Below are positions 41,305 to 50,820 of a stretch of 64,000 bases of DNA, piece after piece. Position 1 is the first letter of the stretch. Each line of letters starts with the position of its first letter. The position numbers and the translations under genes are program-made. The notes under the pieces were generated by a model. That model had not been told where the DNA came from, did no database searches, and saw nothing but the letters and a program-made list of their open reading frames with translations. The stretch is from an uncultured delta proteobacterium (GTDB lineage Bacteria > Myxococcota > Myxococcia > Myxococcales > Anaeromyxobacteraceae), in assembly GCA_963845515.1 (NCBI GenBank), contig CAWJSR010000006.1, forward strand, positions 64,001-128,000, in the 5' to 3' direction.

Positions 41305-44300
41305 ATGCGCCAGGTCATCGCTGCACTGCTCTGCTGCGCCTCGGCGCTCCCCGCCGCGTCGGCCGACGCGCCTCGCGACCCCATCGCCGAGCGGATCGGC
41401 GCGGTCACACGGGCGCTGCACGAGGATCGCCGGTCGCCGCGGGCAGCCGCCCACCTCGCCGAGCTGGCGGGGCTCGAGGCGGAGTCGGGCGACCTCTCCC
41501 GCCTCGCGACGGCCTGCGCGGTGATCTCAGGGGAGCCGCAGGCGCTCCCCGAGGTCAGGGCCATGGCGCGGCTGCAGCTCGCCGGGATCGAGCGGGCGCG
41601 AGGGAATCTGCAGCGCCACGTCAACCACCTTCGACGGCTCGGCTTCGTCACGCAGTGGCGCGTGGTGGGCCCCTTCGACGACGAGGGGAAGCGTGGCTTC
41701 GAGACAGTCCACCCGCCGGAGCGCGCGCTGGAGCTGGAGGCCAGCTACCCGGGGAAGGGGGGCGACGCGGTGTGGCGCGAGGTCGCCACCGAGGTCGTGG
41801 AGGCCGGCTTCGTACACCTGGGTGCCGCCCTCCCGCGCGAGCAGGAGGTCTGCGCCCACGCCGTGGCGCTGGTCGACTTCCGCCACGACCAGCGGGTCGG
41901 GCTCTGGTTCGGGGCGAGCGGCGCGGCCCGCGTCCTCGTCAACGGCGCCGTCGCGATCGAGGATCCGGGCTACCACCCTGCTCGCCCGGACCAGCGCGGC
42001 GCAGAGGTGTCGCTGCGGCGCGGCGTCAACCGGCTCCAGGTGAAGCTCTGCGGCCAGGACGGCCGGATGGGGATCTACCTCCGGCTCGTCGATGGGCGCG
42101 GGGGGGCGCTGGCGTTCACGCAGCCCGCGGCGGCGGTCCCCCTGCCGCCCCAGCCGGCTCCAGGTGCGCGGCCCGTCGCGATCCCGGGCGTCGTCGCGCG
42201 GCTCGAGGCGCGCGCGCAAGCGGCTGCGCGTCGACGAGGGGCCGGTGCGCGGGTCGCGGAGGCGGAGGCCCGCGTGGATCTGGCCCGGGTGCTGACCGCG
42301 CTGCAGCCGTTCGATCCTGCGGAGCGGCGCGCGCTGAACGAGGCACGCAGGGCCGTGGAGCTGGCGCCGGGCTCCGTGGACGCCCGGCTCCTCGCGGCCG
42401 GCCTCGAGGTCGACGACAACAGGCGGCGCGATCTCCTGGAGGGGGCGCTCGCGGCCGCGCCGGAGGAGCCCAGGGTGCTCCTCGCCATGGCGCGGGACGC
42501 GCTGACGCGCGAGCGGGCGCAGCAGGCGGTGAGGCTCCTGGAGCACGCGGTGCGCGCCGCCCCGGCCTTCGGCGCGGCGCGCGCGCTCCTCTCGGAGGCG
42601 CTGGAGCGCGCGGGGCTCGAGGCGCGGGCGGCGCTGGTCGCCGGTGAGGCCGCGGTGCTGCTGCCCACCTCCCCCGACGCGGTGCGTGCGGCGGCCCGCG
42701 CCGCGCGCCGCCTGGGGCGCCTCGACGAGGCGGCGTGGCTCCTGCGCAAGGCCGTGTCCCTGAGGTTCGACGACGGGGAGGTCCGCGCGTCGCTCGCGCA
42801 GCTGCTGCTCGATCGCGGTGACCTGGACGGCGCCGCGGCGCTCCTCTCGGAGGGGCTGCGCGTCCGCCCCGGTCAGGTGGACGATCTCCTGCGGCTCGCG
42901 GACCTCATGGCCGCGAACGGCAGGCTCGACGAGGCTGAGGCCCGCTACGCCGAGGCGCTGCGCGTCTCACCGTCCGCGGCGGAGCCGTGGGAGCGGCGCG
43001 GACGGGCGAGGCTCCGCGCCGGGCGCGAGGCCGAGGCGCTGGCGGACCTGAAGCGCGCCCTGGAGCTCGAGCCGCAGCGCCCGACGCTGAAGGACCTGGT
43101 GCGGAACCTGGAGCCCAGGCACGAGCCCTTCGAGGCGCCCTACGCGCTCGATGCGCTCGCCCTCGCGCGGGCGCCGGACGACGGCGCGCCCGAGGACGAC
43201 GCCGTGGTCCTGGGGGAGCTCCAGGTGACGCGCGTCCACCGGAGCGGCCTCGCGTCGACCTTCAACCAGGAGGTGATCCGCGTCCGCACGAAGCTCGGCG
43301 CGGAGGCCTTGAGGCGCCGCTCCATCTCCTATGCGCCCGATCGACAGGACGTCGAGGTCGTCCGGATCCGGATCGTGAAGCCGGACGGCACGACCATCGA
43401 CACCTGGGAAGAGAGCGAGGCGAGCGAGAGCGAGCCCTGGTACCGGCTCTACTACGACACGCGGTCGCGCTCGCTCGCCGTCTCGGGGCTGGCCGCTGGG
43501 GATGTGCTCGAGGTCGCCTGGCGCGTCGACGACACCTCCCGGGACAACCTGCTCTCCGACTCCTTCGGCGATCTCGTGGCCGTCGACGGTCCCTGGCCGA
43601 AGCGGCGTTTCGAATACGTCCTCATCGCACCCTCCTCCCGCACCATCCACGCCAACGACGCAGTGGGGGTGCGCAGGACGGATCGGCCGCTCGAAGGCGG
43701 CTGGGTCGAGCACCGCTGGAGCGCCGAGGGCGTCGACCGGATCGTGCCGGAGCCGATGATGCCGCCCGGGATCGAGGTCGGCCGCTTCCTCCACGTCTCG
43801 ACGTTCTCGTCCTGGGAGGAGGTCGGGCGCTTCTACTGGGGGCTCGTCCGGGACCAGCTCCAGCCCACCCCCGAGCTCCGCGCCACGGCCGAGCGGCTGG
43901 CGACCGAGGCGCTCGCAGGGCGACGGCCCGCGCGGGCGCCGAGTCGGGAGGAGACCGAGGCGCTAGTGCGCGCCGTCTACGCCTTCGTGGTGACGCAGGT
44001 GCGGTACGTGGGGCTCGAGTTCGGGATCCACGGCTACAAGCCCTACCGCGTCGACCAGGTGCTCCAGCGACGGTTCGGCGACTGCAAGGACAAGGCGAGC
44101 CTCATGCACGCGCTGCTCGCCGCGCTCGGGGTCGACTCGCGCCTCGTCCTCCTGAGGATGCGCCGCCTGGGCAACCTGCCGGAGGCGCCGGCGTCGCTCG
44201 CCGCCTTCAACCACGCCATCCTCTACGTCCCTTCGCTCGACCTCTGGCTGGACGGGACCGCCGCATACACCGGGAGCCGTGAGCTGCCGTCGGAGGATCG

Positions 44301-45027
44301 TGGCGCCACGGTCCTGGTGGTCGAGCCGGACGCCCCGTCCCGCCTGGGCCGCGCGCCGGAGGCGTCGCCGGCCGAGAACGTCGTCGCGTCGGAGTACGCG
44401 GTCACGCTGGCCGCCGACGGGAGCGCGGCGATCGAGGGGCGCTCGCGCATCGCGGGCGTGCAGGCGGCCCACTATCGACGCGCGTACGAGGCCGCCTCGA
44501 GCCGGCGTGGCTTGCTGGAGCAGGCCTTCGGCCGAACCTGGCCAGCGGTGCGCGTGGAGTCGGTCGAGACGAGCCGGCTCGCGAGGCTGGAGGAGCCGGT
44601 GGAGCTGCGCTACCGCCTCCTGGCGCCGGGCTTCGCCCAGCCGGACGGCGACGCGCTCCGCTTCACGCCGTTCGGTGCCCAGCGGAGCTACTCGGAGCGC
44701 TGGGCAGGGCTCGCGACGCGGCGCCAGGACCTGATCGTCGGCGACCCCGACGAGACCCGCTTCAGCTACCGGATCGCGCTCCCGCGCGGCTGGGCGGTCA
44801 CCGAGCTCCCCGAGCCGGCCGCCGTCGACGGGCCTCACGCGGCGTTCGAGCTACGGTATCGCTCGGAGCCCGGCGCAATCGTCGTCGAGGGACGGCTCAC
44901 CATGAAGGACCGCAGGATCCCGGTGGCGGACTACGCTGGCTTTCGTGCCTTCACCGCCGCGGCCGACGCCGCCTTCGACCGGACCGTCCGGATCGACCGC
45001 GCGGCGCGCGGACAGGAGGAGCGATGA
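41305..45027 (+). CDS. TPR + DUF3857 + transglutaminase-like protein (catalytic triad present)
   Basis: Signal peptide, WRVVGPF, TPR region, VRYVGLEFG, GDCKDKA, FNHAIL and WLDGT. Confidence 0.85.
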   Translation: MRQVIAALLCCASALPAASADAPRDPIAERIGAVTRALHEDRRSPRAAAHLAELAGLEAESGDLSRLATACAVISGEPQALPEVRAMARLQLAGIERARGNLQRHVNHLRRLGFVTQWRVVGPFDDEGKRGFETVHPPERALELEASYPGKGGDAVWREVATEVVEAGFVHLGAALPREQEVCAHAVALVDFRHDQRVGLWFGASGAARVLVNGAVAIEDPGYHPARPDQRGAEVSLRRGVNRLQVKLCGQDGRMGIYLRLVDGRGGALAFTQPAAAVPLPPQPAPGARPVAIPGVVARLEARAQAAARRRGAGARVAEAEARVDLARVLTALQPFDPAERRALNEARRAVELAPGSVDARLLAAGLEVDDNRRRDLLEGALAAAPEEPRVLLAMARDALTRERAQQAVRLLEHAVRAAPAFGAARALLSEALERAGLEARAALVAGEAAVLLPTSPDAVRAAARAARRLGRLDEAAWLLRKAVSLRFDDGEVRASLAQLLLDRGDLDGAAALLSEGLRVRPGQVDDLLRLADLMAANGRLDEAEARYAEALRVSPSAAEPWERRGRARLRAGREAEALADLKRALELEPQRPTLKDLVRNLEPRHEPFEAPYALDALALARAPDDGAPEDDAVVLGELQVTRVHRSGLASTFNQEVIRVRTKLGAEALRRRSISYAPDRQDVEVVRIRIVKPDGTTIDTWEESEASESEPWYRLYYDTRSRSLAVSGLAAGDVLEVAWRVDDTSRDNLLSDSFGDLVAVDGPWPKRRFEYVLIAPSSRTIHANDAVGVRRTDRPLEGGWVEHRWSAEGVDRIVPEPMMPPGIEVGRFLHVSTFSSWEEVGRFYWGLVRDQLQPTPELRATAERLATEALAGRRPARAPSREETEALVRAVYAFVVTQVRYVGLEFGIHGYKPYRVDQVLQRRFGDCKDKASLMHALLAALGVDSRLVLLRMRRLGNLPEAPASLAAFNHAILYVPSLDLWLDGTAAYTGSRELPSEDRGATVLVVEPDAPSRLGRAPEASPAENVVASEYAVTLAADGSAAIEGRSRIAGVQAAHYRRAYEAASSRRGLLEQAFGRTWPAVRVESVETSRLARLEEPVELRYRLLAPGFAQPDGDALRFTPFGAQRSYSERWAGLATRRQDLIVGDPDETRFSYRIALPRGWAVTELPEPAAVDGPHAAFELRYRSEPGAIVVEGRLTMKDRRIPVADYAGFRAFTAAADAAFDRTVRIDRAARGQEER

Positions 45028-48000
45028 GGGCCCGCCACGGCATGCTGCAGCGCTCGCTCGCGCTCGTCGCCCTGCTGCAGCTCGTCGTCGCCTGCGCGAC
45101 CGGCGGCGTGCGGGCCGGGATGGGGTCCGTGGGCGCGAGCGGAGCCGCGCGCGACGGCTTCGAGGCCTGGCTGGAGCGCGGTGACGTCGCCTCCGCCGAG
45201 GGCGGGTTCCGGGCGGCGGTCGAGGACGACGCGGCGGACCCCTGGGGCCGGCTGGGGCTCGCGCTGCTCGCGCGGCGCTCACTCGACTCCTCCGCCGAGC
45301 TCTCGCACCTCCTCGCGGTCGTCGGCGCCGTTCCCGATGGCGCGGTCGCCCTCGTGGCGCTCGAGCGGCTCGCCGAGCTCGCACGCACGGGGCCCGACGC
45401 GGATCGGGCCATCGAGGCGGGGCTGGCCGAGCTGGCGAGCGCAGGGCGGCTCCGGGGCGTGGCGGCCTTCCGCGCCCGCGTGGCAAGGATCTCCGCGGCC
45501 GAGTCGTCCGGCGACGCGGACGCGGTCGCGCGCCTGCGCCAGGAGTACGGGGCGGCGACCGAGTGGACCGTGGTCGGCCCCTTCTCCCCGCTCCCGGTCA
45601 TCGACTTCGACGCCGAGCTGCCTACCGATCGCGGGCAGCTCCCCGCGGAGGCACCGGTGCTGCCCGGCGCCCCACCCGCCCCCGCGCGGCGCATCCCGAC
45701 GCCGGACGGGCTCCTGACGCTCCCCGGCGATCCGGGCGACGACGGGCTCACTCTCATGGCGAGCGACGTCCGGCTCTCCAGCGGCGGCCGCTACCTGCTC
45801 GTCCTCTGGACGCAGGGCTCGGCGAAGGTCCAGCTCGACGGCGCGCCGGTGGCGGAGCGGCGCGCCTTCCAGCGCGAAGAGGCGCTGACCCAGGTGCGGG
45901 AGCTGGAGCTGTCGCCGGGGCTGCACCGGCTCGTCGCCCGCTTCGCCCCGGAGGGGCAGGGGACCTCCATCGCGGTGGGGCTCGCGAGGGCCGACGGCCA
46001 GCCGTCCGACGCCGCCTGGACCGCGCCGGCGCCAGGGGCCTTCCCGCCTTCGGTGGCCGGGGAGCTCCCCCCGCAGCCCTGGACAGCTGCGTCCCTCTCG
46101 CGCGCGCTCGAGCGGGGCGGTGGCCCCGTCGTCGCACGGTGGCTCGCTGCCCGCGCCATCGTGCGGATGGATTGGGAGGGCGCCAAGGCGCTCCTCGTGG
46201 AGGCTGCGGCGCGCGCGCCCGCCGCGGGGCCAGTGCGGACGGCGCTGGCCGACGCGCTCCTGGACGACCCGACGCTCGACCCGCAGGTGGCGCGCTCGCG
46301 CGGCGAGGCGGAGCTGCGGCGCGCACTCGCGCGCGATCCGGCTGACGGCGAGGCGAGGCTGACGCTGTCGTCGCTGCTGCGCCAGTCGGACCGTGCCGCC
46401 GACGCCGAGGTGCTGCTCGCTGACCTCCCCGCGGTCGTTGCGGATCGACCGGCGGCGCGGGTGGAGCGGGCGGCCGTCGCGAGGGCACGGGGTGCGCCAG
46501 AGCTGGCAGACGCGCTGGCGACCCTGGCCTCCGCGGAGGGGAGCTGCGAAGCGCGGGAGCTGGTGTACGAGTCGGCCGTGGCGCGGGATGCAGTGGCGCA
46601 GGTCGACGCGCTGGCGCGGGAGCTGCTCACCTGCCCGAACGGGAGGGACCGGCTCGTCCGCCACCTGGAGCGGCACGGAGAGCCTGCGGCCGCGCTCGAG
46701 GCGGCTGCGCCGATCGCGAGGGCGCGCCCCTCGTCCATGGAGGCGGCGCTCACGCGCGCGGGGCTCCACCTCGCGTCCAGGGACGTCGCCGGCGCGCTGC
46801 GCGAGCTGGAGGGCGTCGCCGCCTTCTGGCCCGGGAGCGCCCGGCTCTGGAAGCGGATCGGGAACGTGCGTGAGCTGGCGGGCGACCTCGCCGGGGCGCG
46901 CGCCGCCCGGGAGCGTGCGCTGGCCGCCGACGGCTCCGACCTCGCGCTGAGGCGTGCGCTGGCGCTCGAGGACGGGCGAGAGGTGCTCGACGAGCTCCGG
47001 GAGGATGGCGACGCGGCGATCCGGGCCTACGAGGGGGCGGGGGGCTCCGGCGACACCTCGACCGCGCTCGTGCTCGATGCGTCGGCGCAGCTGTTCCATC
47101 CCGGTGGCGCGGTCACCGACCGCACGCACCAGATCATCCACGTGCTCGACCAGCACGGGGTGGACAAGTACGGTGACGTCCGGCTGCCGCCTGGCGCCGA
47201 GCTCCTCGCGCTCCGGACCCGCAAGCGGGACGGGAAGACCTTCGAGCCCGACGGCGGGCGGGCGAAGGGATCGATCTCGCTCGCGGGGCTGGAGCCGGGC
47301 GACTACGTCGAGGTCGAGTACCTGCGCGCGAGCCGCGGCGCCATCGACGGCTACGCGGCCGAGCCCTTCTACTTCCAGGACGAGGGGGAGCGGCTGGTGC
47401 GATCGACCTACGTCGTGTCCGCGCCGGCGGCGCTGGGGCTGGTGGTGGACGCCCACCGGATGGACGCGCCGCCGCTCGAGCGCACCGGGGATCGCGTGAC
47501 GCTCCGCGCGCTCCGGGTGGACGTGCCGGGGCTCGTGGCGGAGCCAGGGGCTCCCAGGCTCGGCGACGTGCTCCCGTTCGTGCAGGTGGGCTACGGCGGG
47601 GGGCGAGAGGTCCTGCATCGGCGCATGGCCAACGCGGTGGCCCCGCGGACGCGGCAGACGGTCGAGCTCGCGGCCTTCGCGCGGGAGATCCGGGACGCGG
47701 CGGGCAAGGGGGCTGGGCCGGAGGCGATCGCCCGGGCTGCGTGGAGCCAGGTGGCGGCGCGCGTGATGGGGACCTCCGGCTCGCTCGGCACCGACGCGAG
47801 CGAGATCCTCTCCCGTGGCCGGGGCAGCCGCCCCCTGCTCCTCAAGGCGGTCCTGGACGCGCTCGGCGTCGAGGCGCACCTGGCGCTCGTGCGCACCTTC
47901 GAGGCAGATCCGGCCGTGCACCGGTTCCCCGGGCACGCGCTCTACGGCCAGACGCTGCTGCGGATCCGCGCGGATGGACGCGACCTCTGGGTGGACCCCG

Positions 48001-48776
48001 ACGAGCGCGCCGCGCCGTTCGGATCGCTGCCGCCCTCCGCGCTGGACGCGGAGGCGATGGTGCTCGCTGCCCCCGGAGAGCAGCTCGAGGTGGCGCGCAC
48101 CCCTGCCCGTGCGGCGGTCCCGTCCCGGCGTGCCACCACGCTCCGCGTGAGTGTCGAGCCGAGCGGCGGCGCCGCGGTCGAGGTGACGGACCGATACTCC
48201 GGCTACTCCGCCGGGATGATCCGGGGTGCCCTGGAGCGCTTCGACGCGGCCACGCGGCGGCGGGTCTTCGAGGAGGCGGTCTCCGCTGCCTTCCGCGGCG
48301 GCACGCTCGAGGCCCTCGAGCTCGCGGGCGCCGAGGAGCGGGAAGGGGACCTGACCATCTCCTATCGCGCGCACGTCCCCGACTTCGCGAGGCGTGACGG
48401 CGGGGGACTCGTGGTGGAGAGCCCAATCATGCCAGCACGGCTCGGCGAGACGTTCATCCGGCTGGCCGAGCGCAAGCTGCCCCTGCTGGTCCCGCCGCAG
48501 GATCCGCTGGTGCAGCGGACCGAGATCGTTCCGCCCGATGGGCTGGCCCTGCACGCCGCAGCGGCGTCGACGCTCTCGTCGCGGTGGGGCAGCTTCAAGC
48601 GCGCGGAGCGGATGGAGGGGAGGACGCTAGTCAGGGAGGAGGAGGTGGCGCTCCTCCCGGCTCGCGTAGCGCCAGCCGACTACCCGGACTTTGCCCGATT
48701 CGTGACCGAGGTCGACCGCGTCCAGTCGGCCCCGCTCCGGATAGGTGGCGGGAAGAACCCGGGGGGTCCGCCTTGA
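45024..48776 (+). CDS. TPR + DUF3857 + degenerate transglutaminase-like lipoprotein
   Basis: Lipobox VVAC, WTVVGPF, LEPGDYVEVEY; the triad region reads GRGSRPLL / YGQTLL / WVDP. Confidence 0.8.
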   Translation: MRARHGMLQRSLALVALLQLVVACATGGVRAGMGSVGASGAARDGFEAWLERGDVASAEGGFRAAVEDDAADPWGRLGLALLARRSLDSSAELSHLLAVVGAVPDGAVALVALERLAELARTGPDADRAIEAGLAELASAGRLRGVAAFRARVARISAAESSGDADAVARLRQEYGAATEWTVVGPFSPLPVIDFDAELPTDRGQLPAEAPVLPGAPPAPARRIPTPDGLLTLPGDPGDDGLTLMASDVRLSSGGRYLLVLWTQGSAKVQLDGAPVAERRAFQREEALTQVRELELSPGLHRLVARFAPEGQGTSIAVGLARADGQPSDAAWTAPAPGAFPPSVAGELPPQPWTAASLSRALERGGGPVVARWLAARAIVRMDWEGAKALLVEAAARAPAAGPVRTALADALLDDPTLDPQVARSRGEAELRRALARDPADGEARLTLSSLLRQSDRAADAEVLLADLPAVVADRPAARVERAAVARARGAPELADALATLASAEGSCEARELVYESAVARDAVAQVDALARELLTCPNGRDRLVRHLERHGEPAAALEAAAPIARARPSSMEAALTRAGLHLASRDVAGALRELEGVAAFWPGSARLWKRIGNVRELAGDLAGARAARERALAADGSDLALRRALALEDGREVLDELREDGDAAIRAYEGAGGSGDTSTALVLDASAQLFHPGGAVTDRTHQIIHVLDQHGVDKYGDVRLPPGAELLALRTRKRDGKTFEPDGGRAKGSISLAGLEPGDYVEVEYLRASRGAIDGYAAEPFYFQDEGERLVRSTYVVSAPAALGLVVDAHRMDAPPLERTGDRVTLRALRVDVPGLVAEPGAPRLGDVLPFVQVGYGGGREVLHRRMANAVAPRTRQTVELAAFAREIRDAAGKGAGPEAIARAAWSQVAARVMGTSGSLGTDASEILSRGRGSRPLLLKAVLDALGVEAHLALVRTFEADPAVHRFPGHALYGQTLLRIRADGRDLWVDPDERAAPFGSLPPSALDAEAMVLAAPGEQLEVARTPARAAVPSRRATTLRVSVEPSGGAAVEVTDRYSGYSAGMIRGALERFDAATRRRVFEEAVSAAFRGGTLEALELAGAEEREGDLTISYRAHVPDFARRDGGGLVVESPIMPARLGETFIRLAERKLPLLVPPQDPLVQRTEIVPPDGLALHAAAASTLSSRWGSFKRAERMEGRTLVREEEVALLPARVAPADYPDFARFVTEVDRVQSAPLRIGGGKNPGGPP

Positions 48777-48834
48777 CCTTCTGGATGGAGTCGAAAAAAG
48801 CCAGCGATCACGGCGGCGCGGTCCGTGGCAGCGT

Positions 48835-48850
48835 CGGCACGCAGCCTGCA
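48835..48850 (+). promoter_or_regulatory. Sigma54 (-24/-12) promoter
   Basis: CGGCACGCAGCCTGCA versus consensus TGGCACGNNNNTTGCA, with exact GG-N10-GC spacing. Confidence 0.7.
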
Positions 48851-48860
48851 TTCTCTCCTT

Positions 48861-49032
48861 GACGTACGCTCGGCGGGCTCGAAGGCAGGTCCCCCTCCCC
48901 CGCCTCCGAGTGGTGGCATTCATCCGTCCCTGTGACGGCCACCACCAGCCGCGCGTGCACTCCCTGGCGTAGCGCCGGGGAGGCATCTTCAGGGCGGTCG
49001 CCTCCCCCCCCCGAGGCGGCCGCCCGTTTCTT
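48861..49032 (+). ncRNA. Candidate sigma54-dependent small RNA (~170 nt, four hairpins, C-rich loops)
   Basis: Intergenic between convergent genes; promoter upstream, consecutive stem-loops, terminator at the end; no credible plus-strand ORF. Confidence 0.6.
48992..49032 (+). terminator. Intrinsic terminator with poly-C loop
   Basis: gggcggtcgcctc-(C)n-gaggcggccgccc followed by gtttctt. Confidence 0.75.
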
Positions 49033-49647
49033 TCAGCTCCCCCGCGTCTGCGGCGGCTCCGTCACGAACCGGACTTCGCTGAAGCCCGCGGTCAGGAGCA
49101 GCGCCCGGATCGAACGCTCCGCCGAGCCTCGCGCACGCTCCTGCAGCGCGGAGTCCGCCATGACCTCCTTCTCGAAGGACTGCTTCGCGAGGTCGAAGAG
49201 GCGGGCGGTCTGGGCGCTGTCGAGGTTGGAGCCCATGACCTCCGTCTCGCTCGGCAACAGCTCGACCTGGACCCGGAGCGGCGGGAGCGTGACCGTCGCG
49301 ATCCGTCCCTCCAGCCTGACGCGCGAGGCGTCGAGCCGGGAGACGTCGAGCCCGAGGTGGGCCTTGGCGAAGACGATTGCCTTCCCCTTCGGTGCGTTGA
49401 AGGTGAACCGGAGCCAGCCTCCGATGTCCCCCAGCGCCGAGCCGGCCGCCTCCGGCTCCGGGGCGAAGCTCACCTTCTTGTAGAGCGTGACCTCCAGCGT
49501 CTCCAGTCGCGCGACGTCCTTCACCTTCTCCAGCACCGCCGGCGGATCGGGGACGGGCGGCGGGCGGCGAATGGCGAAGGAGACGACGAGGGCGGCGCCG
49601 GCGCCGATGGCGACGCCGAGGAGGAGGATCTTGAGCAGTGAGCGCAT
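49033..49647 (-). CDS. DUF4230-like membrane-anchored protein
   Basis: N-terminal TM, VARLETL, AHLGLDVSRL, VTLPP and GFSEVRF pattern. Confidence 0.75.
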   Translation of the reverse strand: MRSLLKILLLGVAIGAGAALVVSFAIRRPPPVPDPPAVLEKVKDVARLETLEVTLYKKVSFAPEPEAAGSALGDIGGWLRFTFNAPKGKAIVFAKAHLGLDVSRLDASRVRLEGRIATVTLPPLRVQVELLPSETEVMGSNLDSAQTARLFDLAKQSFEKEVMADSALQERARGSAERSIRALLLTAGFSEVRFVTEPPQTRGS

Positions 49648-49662
49648 GCGGCCGATGTTACC

Positions 49663-50820
49663 TCAGTCGATCAACCGCTCCGCGATCGCGGTGTGCAGGT
49701 CGAGCCCCCTGCTCGTCAGGACGAGGCGCCCGGCCCGGACGACCGCCAGCCGACGGCTGACGAGCGGGTCCACCTCGCGGCGCGCGACCTCGCCGAGGGA
49801 CGAGAGCGGGGCGCCCTCGCGTGTCCGGAGCGCCAGCATCAGCCGCTCGTTCGCGTCGGCACGCAGATCGAACCGATCCGTCTCCGCCGTGGGGAGCCGC
49901 CCGTCGTCGAGCGCAGCGATCCACCTCCGCCAATCGCGCGGGTTGGCCTCGCGGACACCGCCGGCCTCCCCACGGAGGCAGCCGACCGCGCCGGCGCCGA
50001 GCCCGAGGTAGCTCGCGCCCGACCAGTAGAGGCAGTTGTGGACGGACTCGAGCCCCGGGCGCGCGAAGTTGGAGACCTCGTACCGGCGGAGCCCGGCGCG
50101 CCTGAGCGCGGCGCGGATCGCCCGGGCCTGCGCCAGCGTCTCCTCCTCGCCGGGGAAGGCGAGCTTGCCGGTGCGGGCGAGGCGCGCGAACGGAACCTCC
50201 TCGGCGAGGACGTCCGCGTCGAGCGTCAGCGCGTAGGCCGAGACGTGGGTCGCGCCGAGCGCCGCGGCGCGCGCGGCGTCGTCGGCCGCGGTCGTCACGG
50301 TCGAGTGGCGGCCGCCGTAGATGAGATCGACGCTGACGTTGCCGAAGGCCGCCGCGGCGAGCCGGATGGCCCGCGCCGCGTCTTCGGGACCGTGGCGCCG
50401 CCCCAGCTTCCGGAGCACGGCCGGGTCGAACGACTGGACGCCGATCGAGACCCGGTTGACGCCTGCGCCACGCCAGGCGGCGACGAGCGGCTCGTCGATC
50501 GAGTCCGGGTTGCCCTCGACGGTCACCTCGGCGCCTGCACCGAGCCCGAGCCGCTCGCGGAGCGCGCCGACGAGCTCGGTCACCTCGGACGGATCCCAGA
50601 GGGAGGGCGTGCCGCCCCCGACGTAGAGGCTGACGGGCCGGAGCCCGGTGAAGCCCGGCGCGCGCAGCTCCAGCTCGGCGAGCACGCCGCGGAGGTACCG
50701 CCTCTCCCCGGGAGGCGGCTCGGTCGTTACCGCGAAGTCGCAGTACGGGCAGCGGTGCGCGCAGAACGGGAAGTGCACGTAGACGCCGTACGGCAGCGCC
50801 TGCGCGCCGGCGGGGATCAC
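49663..50820 (-). CDS. hemW: Radical SAM heme chaperone HemW (HemN-like)
   Basis: YVHFPFCAHRCPYCDF, GGGTPS, RVSIGVQSF, YEVSNFA, HNCLYW and YLGLGAGA. Confidence 0.9.
   Translation of the reverse strand: MIPAGAQALPYGVYVHFPFCAHRCPYCDFAVTTEPPPGERRYLRGVLAELELRAPGFTGLRPVSLYVGGGTPSLWDPSEVTELVGALRERLGLGAGAEVTVEGNPDSIDEPLVAAWRGAGVNRVSIGVQSFDPAVLRKLGRRHGPEDAARAIRLAAAAFGNVSVDLIYGGRHSTVTTAADDAARAAALGATHVSAYALTLDADVLAEEVPFARLARTGKLAFPGEEETLAQARAIRAALRRAGLRRYEVSNFARPGLESVHNCLYWSGASYLGLGAGAVGCLRGEAGGVREANPRDWRRWIAALDDGRLPTAETDRFDLRADANERLMLALRTREGAPLSSLGEVARREVDPLVSRRLAVVRAGRLVLTSRGLDLHTAIAERLID

Noticed and set aside
48627..48986. Minus-strand ORF containing MQAACRRCH as a small cytochrome
   Set aside because: No signal peptide, it runs antisense into the upstream gene, and the motif coincides with the plus-strand sigma54 promoter.
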